Assembly: GCA_016934855.1 (NCBI GenBank)
Contig: JAFGSA010000003.1
Span: 1,654-65,653, forward strand
Source of the DNA: Elusimicrobiota bacterium
GTDB taxonomy: Bacteria > CG03 > SLGR01 > JAFGSA01
Direction of reading: 5' to 3'
Length of the DNA stretch: 64,000 nt
Shown here in pieces: positions 26,221 to 35,804 of the stretch. The position numbers and the translations under genes were made by a program. Positions within the stretch are counted from its first letter, which is position 1. Each line of letters opens with the position of its first letter. The notes below the pieces were generated by a model, which was not told the DNA's origin, ran no database searches, and saw nothing but the letters and a program-made list of their open reading frames with translations.

Positions 26221-26443
26221 TGAATAGAATTATATATTATATAGTGTGATTTTTCAAATTATCCAGATTTTAATCATCCCGCTCTTGACAAATTCTCAAT
26301 AATTTATAAGAATTATGCCTGAATAATAGTAAATATACGCCCGGCAAAGGAGGTGAACAAAATAATTAGGGGCGATACAATGAAAAACAAGCGGAAAACC
26401 CGCATTATAATAAGCAGGAGAAAAATACAGGAGGATTGAATTT

Positions 26444-28192
26444 ATGAAAAAATTACTTGCGATTATAGTAGCAATACTATTAGTCCTTCCGATTATCGCG
26501 CAAGCGGATGTTCGTAACAGCTCCAAGAGGATGGACGGTATAAACACGAACCTCATAGGTATCGTGTCCGACGAGTATTCAGACATACTCACGGTGAACC
26601 CGGCGAACCTTCTCGACATAGAAGGATATCGCCTTTATACCAACCTCTCCAACCTCATAAACAGCAATACGGCTGGAGCAGCTGGTACCGAAACATACAT
26701 AGACGGAGCGGATTATAACGAGTTCATGATAGGCGGAGTGATGCCGCTGATGGACATAGGCAACATAGGAGCATACCTCAACAGGATGGATGCCAAGAAC
26801 GAAGGCGCGATAATATACGCCGACTTCGATTCTGGCGTCGCAGATGCAAGGGTCACCGGCGGCGGAAACAATGCTGCCCAGACAGCGATGGTAGTCACCG
26901 GTATTGCGCAGAACGGCGAGTATGACTACGAAAACGTGAATACCCCTGCCGTCGGCCAGACGATCACTGCTGCGGAAAACGGCACGAGCTACAACACGCT
27001 CAGCGATTCCGACATCAACGTGATAGCGGCGACTTCGCTCATAGAAGCCGCTGACCTCGGCCTCAGGATCAGGTATAACTCGGTCCCGAACACGAATAAA
27101 TCGGAAGCCGATTACGAGTATTCGTTCACGAACAGTGACGATGCCGACGACTACGCATCCCAGGAATTCGAAGCTGAGATGCACGGCGTAGCCGGCAACG
27201 CGGCAGGCGGCACATTGCCCACATTCAACCAGAGCGGCATGAGCATCCAGCCCGCGCTCAAAACTGAGATCAACGATATAACCTTGGGAGTCACGTTGTC
27301 TCTCAATATGATGAAAGGCGTTCAGGATTACACGTTCGACACGACCATTATGGCCGGCGAGAACTGCACCGATCCTAACTTCCTTCCCCAGCACAGCGGT
27401 ATACCCGCTCTGACAGACCCCTACGAGAGGACCTGGAAATATGACCAGACACTCGAAGTGGACGGCACCGGGATAGGATTGGGCGCCGACGTTGAATATC
27501 CTCTTAACAAGGATACCAAGATAAAGGGATTGGCCAGCTACCAGAGCAACCCGCTCTCCGGTTCAGGATCAGCTGAATCCACAGACAGCATCCTCCAGGA
27601 CGGGCTTGACGGCGATCCGGTCAGCCAGACCATGACCCAGGACCTCGATTACGACCGGAAGAACAACGTGATCAACGTCCTCGGCGGTATAGAGAAGATG
27701 GTCTCCAGGGACCTCCTTCTCGGCATAGGCCTCGGGATAAACGTCAACAAGACCGAGACCGAATACTCTGAGACCAACGGTACATCCGTAGACGTCACTG
27801 ACGGCGACGCGGCTGACCCGGTCTATTCGAATAATTTATATTATTCGACCGACCAGACGGTCACAACGGTTGTAATACCCGTCGGCCTCGAGTGGACTGC
27901 CACAAAATGGCTCAAAGCGAGGATGGGTTCGACATACCAGGTGACATCGACAAAGTCTACCGGCGAACTTAAGACCGAGACAGTCAACGCTGCCACCGGT
28001 ATTGTGACCAACACCACAACTACAGAGACATCGCCCGCGGGTACCGCTCCGAAAGCGGCTGTCGCGAACTTCTTCTCAGGTGTCGGCTTCATGATAAGCG
28101 AAAACCTGTGCGTAGACGTGACCAACCTGGCAGGCGGCGGAACTATACTTGCACTCAACAACTGGCGGATGAGCGCCACATTGATGTTCTAA
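26444..28192 (+). CDS. outer-membrane beta-barrel protein, Thr/Asn/Gly/Asp-rich
   Basis: Signal peptide MKKLLAIIVAILLVLPIIAQA. It ends in a C-terminal Phe (LMF). CAGGAGGA lies 8 nt upstream of the start. Confidence 0.5.
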   Translation: MKKLLAIIVAILLVLPIIAQADVRNSSKRMDGINTNLIGIVSDEYSDILTVNPANLLDIEGYRLYTNLSNLINSNTAGAAGTETYIDGADYNEFMIGGVMPLMDIGNIGAYLNRMDAKNEGAIIYADFDSGVADARVTGGGNNAAQTAMVVTGIAQNGEYDYENVNTPAVGQTITAAENGTSYNTLSDSDINVIAATSLIEAADLGLRIRYNSVPNTNKSEADYEYSFTNSDDADDYASQEFEAEMHGVAGNAAGGTLPTFNQSGMSIQPALKTEINDITLGVTLSLNMMKGVQDYTFDTTIMAGENCTDPNFLPQHSGIPALTDPYERTWKYDQTLEVDGTGIGLGADVEYPLNKDTKIKGLASYQSNPLSGSGSAESTDSILQDGLDGDPVSQTMTQDLDYDRKNNVINVLGGIEKMVSRDLLLGIGLGINVNKTETEYSETNGTSVDVTDGDAADPVYSNNLYYSTDQTVTTVVIPVGLEWTATKWLKARMGSTYQVTSTKSTGELKTETVNAATGIVTNTTTTETSPAGTAPKAAVANFFSGVGFMISENLCVDVTNLAGGGTILALNNWRMSATLMF

Positions 28193-28213
28193 TATAGTTT
28201 TCTGCTCATATTA

Positions 28214-28260
28214 CCCGCTCCGGGTTTTCAGCACTGAAGATTCCGGAGCGGGTTTTTTTT
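28214..28260 (+). terminator. rho-independent terminator
   Basis: The 10-bp stem CCCGCTCCGG...CCGGAGCGGG is followed by T8. It lies 22 nt after the stop of the 26444-28192 gene. Confidence 0.75.
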
Positions 28261-28358
28261 GACTTATTCCCTTAAATATATTTTAATAATACATATTGAT
28301 ATCAATGTTTTATACATTACACTTTTCACATTACACAATTAAGACAGGAGGAAATAAT

Positions 28359-28856
28359 ATGGAAGACAAGGCAAAACAGATACTCGAGAGCGCGATACAG
28401 ATGGAAAAAGACGGCATAGAGTTCTACACCAAGGCTGCGATGAACGTCCAGAACCCCATGGGGAAAGAGATGTTCGAGTCGCTTGTGCAGGACGAGAAAA
28501 GGCACATAGAAAAGATCAACGCCGCAATAAACGGCATGGGCATAGGCGGCGTCGGAACCGATAACGCCAGGGAGCTCCACGGCAGGATAAAGACTATCTT
28601 TTCGGAAGCCGATGTTCCCTCTGACGCCCATTCAGAAGAGATAGACACCATCAGGACCGCTATAAGGATGGAAGAGGAAGGGATCAGGTTCTACACGGAA
28701 AAATGCCTCTCCCTGGGAGGCAAAGCCGCGGAACTATGCAGTTTCATCATAACCGAAGAGAAGAACCACCGCAATATACTGAACAATACCCTTCTCTACC
28801 TGGAAGACAACAAAGACTGGAACGTGGAAACGGAAGGCTGGAGCTTCGAAGGCTAA
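28359..28856 (+). CDS. rubrerythrin/ferritin-like di-iron domain protein
   Basis: GGAGG lies 8 nt upstream of the start. There are two E-x-x-H motifs (DEKRHIE, EEKNHRN) in four-helix-bundle-like spacing. Confidence 0.55.
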   Translation: MEDKAKQILESAIQMEKDGIEFYTKAAMNVQNPMGKEMFESLVQDEKRHIEKINAAINGMGIGGVGTDNARELHGRIKTIFSEADVPSDAHSEEIDTIRTAIRMEEEGIRFYTEKCLSLGGKAAELCSFIITEEKNHRNILNNTLLYLEDNKDWNVETEGWSFEG

Positions 28857-28947
28857 ATATAAATCCGTGAAAAGTTAAACGTGAATCGTGAAACGTAAGA
28901 AATAATGATGCCACGAGATACGCTTCACGAGATGCGAGATACGTATA

Positions 28948-30043
28948 TTACGCGTTCTGTTCCAGGTAAGCCTCGATAAAGGCGTCTATCTCTCCGTCCA
29001 TCACGGCATTGATATTAGAGACTTTCACTCCCGTCCTGTGGTCCCGCGCCATCTGGTACGGCATGAAGACGTAGGAGCGTATCTGGTTGCCCCACCCTAT
29101 ATCGCCTTTCTCGTCATACCTTTTCTGAGCGGACGCCCTCTTCTTGTCTTCCTCATACTCGTAGAGCCTGGCCTTGAGCACCATCAGGGCCTTCTTCCTG
29201 TTCGAATGCTGCGAAGGCGAATCCTGGCACTGGACCACTATACCCGACGGCAGGTGAGTGAGCCTTACCGCCGAATCCGTCTTATTGACATGCTGGCCGC
29301 CGTGCCCCGAGGCCCTGTACGTGTCTATCTTCAGGTCGCTCTCTTTTACGGTAATATTTATGTCTTCTTCTATCTTGGGTATCACGTCGCAGGCGGCGAA
29401 AGAAGTGTGCCTCCTGGCCCCGGAATCGAACGGAGAGATCCTGACGAGTCTGTGTACCCCCACCTCCCCTTTCAGGTACCCGTAGGCGTAATTCCCTTCC
29501 ATAACCATCGTTATCCTCTTTATCCCCGCCTCGTCGCCCGGGAGGACATCCAGCACTTCGGTCCTGTAACTGTTCTTAGCAGCCCACATCCTGTACATCC
29601 TAACAAGCATCTCGACCCAGTCGCAGGCTTCCGTGCCGCCCGCTCCTGAGTTCAGAGTCATTATCGCACCGTTCTTATCTGTCCTGCCGGACAGCTTCAG
29701 CCTGAAGGATACCCTGTGTATCTTGTCTTTCAGCTTTTCAATGTTCCCTTTTATATCTTCTTCCAGGCTGGTGTCGTCCTCTTCTTCCGCAAGTTCTATC
29801 AGGATGTTGATATCGCTCAGGCGCTGTTCGAGGTTGTTATAAAGATGCAGGTCGGATTTGATCAGGTCGAAACTCTTCATCTCCTTCTTGGCGCGCTCGT
29901 TATCATTCCAGAAGCCGGGTTTCGTGCTCTCCTCTTCCAGCTTCTCGTATTCTTTTTCTTTCTTGTCTACGTCAAAGAAACCCCCTTATACTGTTAACCT
30001 TCTGACGCAGTTCCGCAGCTGTTTTCTTGTAATCTTCGAACAT
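28948..30043 (-). CDS. prfB: peptide chain release factor 2, expressed via a programmed +1 ribosomal frameshift
   Basis: Frame 0 gives MFEDYKKTAAELRQKVNSIRGFL then UGA. The +1 frame continues DVDKKEKEYEKL... into the 310-aa ORF, which carries SPF and GGQ motifs. The total is 364 aa. GGAGGAG lies upstream of ATG 30043. Confidence 0.85.
29971..29977 (-). other. prfB +1 frameshift site CUU UGA C with internal Shine-Dalgarno AGGGGG 3 nt upstream
   Basis: Reverse complement of 29971-29986 is AGGGGGTTTCTTTGAC, identical in logic to the E. coli prfB autoregulatory site. Confidence 0.85.
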
Positions 30044-31554
30044 TATTCTCCTCCGTTTCGAGATCCGGCCTTGACCGGTATCAGCAAGCTTCCCAATGTC
30101 GCTATCATCATGATAAACACCGGCAGATCGCCGTATTTCGAGTATAAAGTCCTCCGGCCCGTCCGGCCGGCCCTGGCATTTAATATATCATATTTCAGCA
30201 GTTCTGTCTTCTGCAGCACTTCTCCGGACGGCGAGATTACTGCCGATATACCGGTGTTACCGGCGCGTATCACGAACGACCTGTTCTCCACAGCCCGCAT
30301 AATGGAATGGATGAAATGCTGTTCCGGCGCCGCGGTATCCAGGTACCAACCGTCGTTAGTTATATTCACGAATATATCTGCGCCCTTCCTGAACAGGTCC
30401 CTCACAAGTCCGGGGAAGATGCCCTCGAAGCATATGCCCACCCCGATATTGTATTCTCCGGCTTTAAGTATGACGGCCTCTTCTCCCGGGCTGAAATCGC
30501 CCACCTCGTTCAGGACTCCGATGAACACGGAAAGGAGCCTCCTGAAAGGTATGAACTCCCCGAAAGGTATCAGGTGCCTTTTCCTGTAGGGCTGCATTAT
30601 CCCGCCCTGGGGGGTCACCAGGTACGCGCTGTTGTAATAAACGCCCCTCTCACGGGTCTCGATGCTTCCTATCACCTCGTAGGCTCCCGCTTCCGACACG
30701 AGGCTCCTCATATACCTTTCCATAACCGGGTCAGACGTTAATCCTGCCGGCAGCGCCGTCTCCGGCCAGATTATCAGGCCCGGCTCGAATCTCGCTGCCA
30801 ACCCGTGCAGGATACCGTAGGACTCCAGTATCTTCGCCCGGAACCTGGGGTCCCATTTCTGATACTGTGATATGTTTCCCTGCAGTACGCTGACTCTCAT
30901 GTCCGGGGCGGCCTCATTCCTGTCCATGGCTGCGAGGCCGTAAAAGTAAAGGAATACGAGCAGTACCGCCGGTATTACCAGATACCTCTTCATGCGGGCC
31001 CTGAAAAACAAGGCGACCGAAGTATTAACGAAGATAACAGCGAAGCTGATGCCGTATACTCCCGCTACGTCCGCAGTCTGGATAAAAGCAGGGATACCGG
31101 CCAGCGCGTAACCGGTAAAGAGCCAGGGGAACCCCGTAAGGATGAATGCTCTCAGGTATTCCAGCATGACCCAGGCGGAAGGCACCAGGAAAAGCATGTA
31201 ATTCCTGCCGCGCCGGACGATACAGGCCGTGAACAGCCCGAATACGCCCCAGTACAGTCCCAGGTAGGCGCATAAAAGGATATAACCTAGCGCCGATACT
31301 GGCGCGCCCGCCCCGTTCCAGATGAGTGTGTAGTATATCCAGTAAAGCACTATCATATTGGCCAGGATACCGGCCAGCCAGCTCTCAATAAAGGCTTTTT
31401 TCAGACCGCCGCGGGGGGTACCTGCGAGTTCCAGGATAAACGGCACGAATACGAACGGCGCCAGAAACCAGAAACCGAATTTGGGAAATAACAGCGGATA
31501 GGCGATTGCCGTGAATAAAATAAAAAGGGTATGCTTGTACTCAGTGATCTTCAT
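30043..31554 (-). CDS. lnt: apolipoprotein N-acyltransferase
   Basis: Eight N-terminal transmembrane helices are followed by a nitrilase/CN-hydrolase domain (WPETALP, EGIFPGL). Its stop TAA overlaps the prfB ATG (TAATG). Confidence 0.8.
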   Translation of the reverse strand: MKITEYKHTLFILFTAIAYPLLFPKFGFWFLAPFVFVPFILELAGTPRGGLKKAFIESWLAGILANMIVLYWIYYTLIWNGAGAPVSALGYILLCAYLGLYWGVFGLFTACIVRRGRNYMLFLVPSAWVMLEYLRAFILTGFPWLFTGYALAGIPAFIQTADVAGVYGISFAVIFVNTSVALFFRARMKRYLVIPAVLLVFLYFYGLAAMDRNEAAPDMRVSVLQGNISQYQKWDPRFRAKILESYGILHGLAARFEPGLIIWPETALPAGLTSDPVMERYMRSLVSEAGAYEVIGSIETRERGVYYNSAYLVTPQGGIMQPYRKRHLIPFGEFIPFRRLLSVFIGVLNEVGDFSPGEEAVILKAGEYNIGVGICFEGIFPGLVRDLFRKGADIFVNITNDGWYLDTAAPEQHFIHSIMRAVENRSFVIRAGNTGISAVISPSGEVLQKTELLKYDILNARAGRTGRRTLYSKYGDLPVFIMMIATLGSLLIPVKAGSRNGGE

Positions 31555-31653
31555 TGCGGTAAAGCCGGTCAGAGCTCTTTAACGGAAATCGGTGAAAAGC
31601 GAAGAGTGAAGCACAATATACTTTCGACTTTCAACCTTCCACTTTCCACTTTA

Positions 31654-34476
31654 TTATCTTCCGCAGCAGTGTTTGTATTTGCGTCCTGAACCGCACGGGC
31701 ACGGGTCGTTCCTTCCCGTTTTATCCGTCACTTTTCTCTGCTTGACTTTCAGCGGCTGCGCCGCGCCGCCTGCAGCCGCGGTCATCTCCTGTCCGCCGGC
31801 GCGCGGGAGCTCCGCCCTGGGCTTGATCTTTTCTCCCCTGTAGCCGGGAAGCTGTGACTTGAGTATCTCTCCCGAAGCCCTGAAAAGATATATTATAACC
31901 TCTTTTTTTATAGAGTCCATTAATGTGGCAAAAGCGAAGAACGACTCCCTTTTATACTCTATAAGAGGGTCCTTCTGCCCGTATGCCCTGTAGGATATCC
32001 CTTCTTTCAGATGATCGAGCTCGTAAAGATGGTCTTTCCACCTGGAATCTATTATCTGGAGAAGGATCATCCTCTCCATATTGGAGAACTCCGTTTCTCC
32101 CAGTTTTTTCTTCCTCTGCCCGTACGCGTCTTTTATGGAATCTTCCAGGTAGCTCCTGAGCCCCTCCCTCCCGGAATGATAGAACTCGCCGGGGTCTATC
32201 GCTATATTAAGGCCCAGGTAACTCATGAGCTGGCCGGAGAGCGCCTTAACATCCCATTCCTCCGAATGCTGTTTGAGAGGCACCAGTTCTTCAAGGGCTA
32301 TATCTACATAATCCTCGATGAAACCCAGTACTTCCTCTTCAACGTCTTCGCCCTTGAGTATGCGCGACCGGTGGGAATATATGGACCGGCGCTGTTTGTC
32401 CATCACATTGTCGTACTCGAGAAGCTGCTTGCGGATATCGAAGTTCATCGCTTCCACCCTTTTCTGGGCGTTTCCTATAGCCGTGTTTATCAGCGGGTGC
32501 TCAATCTTTTCACCCTCTTCCATCCCGCCGATCCTATCCATTATGCCCATGATCCTCTCGCCGCCGAAGAGGCGCATCAACTCGTCCTCCAGCGAAACGA
32601 AGAATTTCGACGATCCCGGGTCGCCCTGCCTGCCGGCCCGGCCCCTGAGCTGGTTGTCTATCCTTCGCGACTCGTGCCTTTCCGTGCCTATGACGTGCAG
32701 CCCCCCCACGCCGACGACATCCTCGTGCTCCCTGTCGGTCTCTTTCTTGAACGACTCGTACAGCCTGCTGAATTCCGCCTTGGCTTTTTCTTCTTCTTCT
32801 CCGGACGCCGGCGATTTTTCGGAAGCTTTCAGGATGAGCTCGTGATCCCACTCCCTGCGCTTCATCTCTTCCTTTGCCAGGTACTCCGGGTTGCCCCCGA
32901 GGACTATATCTGTCCCCCTTCCGGCCATGTTTGTCGATATGGTCACGGCGCTTTTTCGTCCCGCCTGGGCTATGATCTCCGCTTCTTTCAAGTGGTACTT
33001 CGCGTTAAGCACGCTGTGCTTCACTCCGCGCCTTTTCAGCAGCAAGGAGAGCCTCTCGCTCACTTCTATGGACCTGGTCCCGACAAGGACCGGGCTGCCT
33101 TTCTTGTTCAGCTGGATGATGGTATCTACCACAGCCGAGAACTTTTCCCTTTCGGTCCTGTATATGGCGTCGGGCATCTCCTGCCTTCTCAGATCCCTGT
33201 TGGTAGGTATCTCTACAACCGGGAGCTTGTATATCTTGAAGAATTCCGCCTGTTCTGTCAGAGCGGTGCCGGTCATACCCGCCAGTTTCTTGTAGAGGTT
33301 GAAGAAATTCTGGAAGGTTATGGTGGCCAGCGTCTGGTTCTCCCTTTTTATCTTTATATTCTCCTTGGCTTCCACCGCCTGATGCAGCCCGTCGGACCAT
33401 CTCCGGCCCGGCATGAGCCGCCCGGTGAACTCGTCGACGATTATCACCTGCCCGTCTTTTACCACGTAATCCACGTCTTTTTTAAAGAGGTAATGCGCCC
33501 TGAGCGCCTGGTTTATATGATGCACCCATTCGCCTGTGATATCGTCGAAGAGCTTGGAATCCAGCAGGGCTTCGCATTTTTTCATGCCCTCTTCCGTAAG
33601 ATGCACGTTCTTATGTTTCTCGTCTATTATCGCGTCGGAACCGCGTTCGATCTCGTCACGGTAATCTCCTTTTTTGCCCGATTCTTCGAATTTGTATTTT
33701 TCCTTGACCGCTTCTTCCTCGGTGATGAACTTTATCTTAAGAGCGGGTATTATCCTGTCCACCCTGAAATATTTATCCGAAGATTTTCCAGCGGGGCCGG
33801 ATATTATAAGGGGAGTCCTCGCTTCGTCTATGAGAACGCTGTCGACTTCGTCTATGATCGCGAATTCCAGGTCGCTCTGCACCCTGTGGGAAGGAGATAT
33901 CGCCATGTTGTCCCGGAGGTAATCGAACCCAAGCTCGTTGTTAGTTATGTAGACCACGTCGGCATCGTAGGCGGTTTTCCTCTCTTCCGGCATCATATCG
34001 CTCAGGATATACCCGACTTTCAGCCCCAGGGCCCTGTACGCCGGCCCCATCCACTCGGAATCGCGGCGCGCCAGGTAATCATTTACCGTGACTACATGGA
34101 CATGCGTCCCGGCGATGGACTGCAGGTATACCGGGAGTACCGCGACGAGCGTCTTCCCTTCGCCGGTGGTCATCTCCGCTATCTGCCCTTCGAAGAGCAC
34201 CGCCCCCCCCACCAGCTGCACGTCGAAATGCCTCAGCCCGATACTCCTGCGGCAGGCTTCCCTGACCACGGCGAAAGCTTCCGGCATAAGCTGGCTGAGA
34301 GTCTCTCCGTTCTTATGGCGATCCATGAACTCCCGCCTCTTGGCCGTCAGCTGTTCGTCAGACAGGGCTTTCATCGAGTCCTCAAGTTCGTTGACCCTGC
34401 TCACCAGCGGGCCGAGCTTCCTGACCGACCTGGCCGACGGGGTACCGAATATCTTGTTTATTATAAATCTCAGCAT
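31654..34476 (-). CDS. secA: preprotein translocase ATPase SecA with C-terminal zinc-binding tail
   Basis: The SecA DEAD-motor motifs (MKTGEGKTLV, DEVDSVLIDEARTPLIISG, GTERHESRRIDNQLRGRAGRQGDPG) are present. The C-terminus is CPCGSGRKYKHCCG. Confidence 0.95.
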   Translation of the reverse strand: MLRFIINKIFGTPSARSVRKLGPLVSRVNELEDSMKALSDEQLTAKRREFMDRHKNGETLSQLMPEAFAVVREACRRSIGLRHFDVQLVGGAVLFEGQIAEMTTGEGKTLVAVLPVYLQSIAGTHVHVVTVNDYLARRDSEWMGPAYRALGLKVGYILSDMMPEERKTAYDADVVYITNNELGFDYLRDNMAISPSHRVQSDLEFAIIDEVDSVLIDEARTPLIISGPAGKSSDKYFRVDRIIPALKIKFITEEEAVKEKYKFEESGKKGDYRDEIERGSDAIIDEKHKNVHLTEEGMKKCEALLDSKLFDDITGEWVHHINQALRAHYLFKKDVDYVVKDGQVIIVDEFTGRLMPGRRWSDGLHQAVEAKENIKIKRENQTLATITFQNFFNLYKKLAGMTGTALTEQAEFFKIYKLPVVEIPTNRDLRRQEMPDAIYRTEREKFSAVVDTIIQLNKKGSPVLVGTRSIEVSERLSLLLKRRGVKHSVLNAKYHLKEAEIIAQAGRKSAVTISTNMAGRGTDIVLGGNPEYLAKEEMKRREWDHELILKASEKSPASGEEEEKAKAEFSRLYESFKKETDREHEDVVGVGGLHVIGTERHESRRIDNQLRGRAGRQGDPGSSKFFVSLEDELMRLFGGERIMGIMDRIGGMEEGEKIEHPLINTAIGNAQKRVEAMNFDIRKQLLEYDNVMDKQRRSIYSHRSRILKGEDVEEEVLGFIEDYVDIALEELVPLKQHSEEWDVKALSGQLMSYLGLNIAIDPGEFYHSGREGLRSYLEDSIKDAYGQRKKKLGETEFSNMERMILLQIIDSRWKDHLYELDHLKEGISYRAYGQKDPLIEYKRESFFAFATLMDSIKKEVIIYLFRASGEILKSQLPGYRGEKIKPRAELPRAGGQEMTAAAGGAAQPLKVKQRKVTDKTGRNDPCPCGSGRKYKHCCGR

Positions 34477-34549
34477 TTGTTTATTATTAAAAGAATATCA
34501 AATTTCACCGTCCGATTTCAAACTGCTTCCCCTCCTGGCGCGGCGCATG

Positions 34550-35803
34550 CTATCTGAATGCCTTCCTCCTCCTTCTTGTCAGGTGATACGAATGGGCGAA
34601 CCTGTGCGCTTCATCGTCCACTCTCTTGAGCAGGCCGTATACGCCTGAGCTTTTTTCAAGGCGCAGCACCCTGCCCTTGTGATATATCCTGCCGCTCTCC
34701 TTCGCGAGTGAGAGTACGTTTATGTTCCTCATATTGAACTTGGCTACGATATCCCTGGCGGCCTTTTCCTGAGCCCTGCCCCCGTCAACGAATATTATGT
34801 CGGGGAGCCTCTTCTTCTCGAGCACGAGCCTTTTCAGCCTCCTGTATATTACCTCTTCCAGCATCCTGATATCGTCAGCTGTTTCCGGCTGTTTTATCCT
34901 GAACTTCCTGTACATCTTCCTGTCGGGCCGGCCGTCGCGGAAACTGACCATGCTGCCCACCGCTTCACTCGAAGAAGTATGAGATATATCGAAACCTTCT
35001 ATAACCGAAGGCTTATAATCCAGGCCTAACTGCTCCTTGAGCATGTACAGCGGGTCAATGGCGCTGAGCGCGTCCATCTTCTTACGCGTAATATCCCTGA
35101 AATTCACGATCGGGAACAGGCTGTCCAGCTCGGATATCTGGTCCCTTATCCACGCAGCCTCTTCATACTTCTGCTCATTCTTGAAGGATATCATCCTGGC
35201 CCTGAGCTTTTCCTGAAGCCTTTTGTGCCGGCCCGACAGGAACATGAGTATATCTTCCACCATTTCCCTATATGCGCCTTTTGAGACTTTTCCCGTACAC
35301 GGGGCGAGACATTTCCCGATCTGGTGATTGAGGCACGGCCGCCTGCGGGGTTTAAGCACCCTGCATTTCCTCAAGGGGAATACCCGGTCTATTACGCGCT
35401 TTGCCGCGCGCACATCCGCAACGTTTGGAAAAGGTCCGAAATACCTGGAACCGGGCTTTTTCTTATCCCTTGTTATCGCCACGGCCGGGAACTCCTCTCC
35501 GAGCGAAACCTCTATATAAGGGAAGCTCTTGTCATCCTTGAGAAGTATGTTGTATCTCGGCTTAAAGCTCTTTATCAGCTGTTCTTCCAGCACCAGCGCT
35601 TCCTTCTCGTTTCTCGTGACGATGTAATCCACAGTGCGCGCGACCGATATCATGGCTATCTGTTTGGAATCCAGCCTGTCTTTTCCGAAATGCGACCTGA
35701 CTCTCTTCTTTATTGACAGTGCTTTCCCTACGTATATGACCTTTGTCGCACTATCCATAAAAAGATACACGCCGGGTCTGTCCGGAAGATTCTCCGTCTT
35801 CAT
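34550..35803 (-). CDS. uvrC: excinuclease ABC subunit C, short form lacking the C-terminal (HhH)2 domain
   Basis: The GIY-YIG domain (PGVYLFMD...IYVGKA...R...HF), a UVR-type coiled coil (EEAAWIRDQISEL) and an RNase H-like endonuclease domain (IEGFDISHT...FVDGG) are present. The protein is 417 aa, versus about 600 aa for full-length UvrC. Confidence 0.65.
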   Translation of the reverse strand: MKTENLPDRPGVYLFMDSATKVIYVGKALSIKKRVRSHFGKDRLDSKQIAMISVARTVDYIVTRNEKEALVLEEQLIKSFKPRYNILLKDDKSFPYIEVSLGEEFPAVAITRDKKKPGSRYFGPFPNVADVRAAKRVIDRVFPLRKCRVLKPRRRPCLNHQIGKCLAPCTGKVSKGAYREMVEDILMFLSGRHKRLQEKLRARMISFKNEQKYEEAAWIRDQISELDSLFPIVNFRDITRKKMDALSAIDPLYMLKEQLGLDYKPSVIEGFDISHTSSSEAVGSMVSFRDGRPDRKMYRKFRIKQPETADDIRMLEEVIYRRLKRLVLEKKRLPDIIFVDGGRAQEKAARDIVAKFNMRNINVLSLAKESGRIYHKGRVLRLEKSSGVYGLLKRVDDEAHRFAHSYHLTRRRRKAFR

Positions 35804-35804
35804 G

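Noticed and set aside
28866-28943. Short direct repeats (CGTGAA x3, CGAGATACG x2) as a possible mini-CRISPR
   Set aside because: The repeats are only 6-9 nt long and irregularly spaced, with no spacer-like unique segments and no cas genes. It is not a CRISPR array.
32011-34557. 848-aa ORF on the plus strand covering most of the secA locus
   Set aside because: It is antisense to the unmistakable SecA coding sequence. The product is low-complexity (rich in P/R/H/F/Y/V) with no recognisable domain. It is a typical shadow ORF of a GC-biased codon-position pattern.
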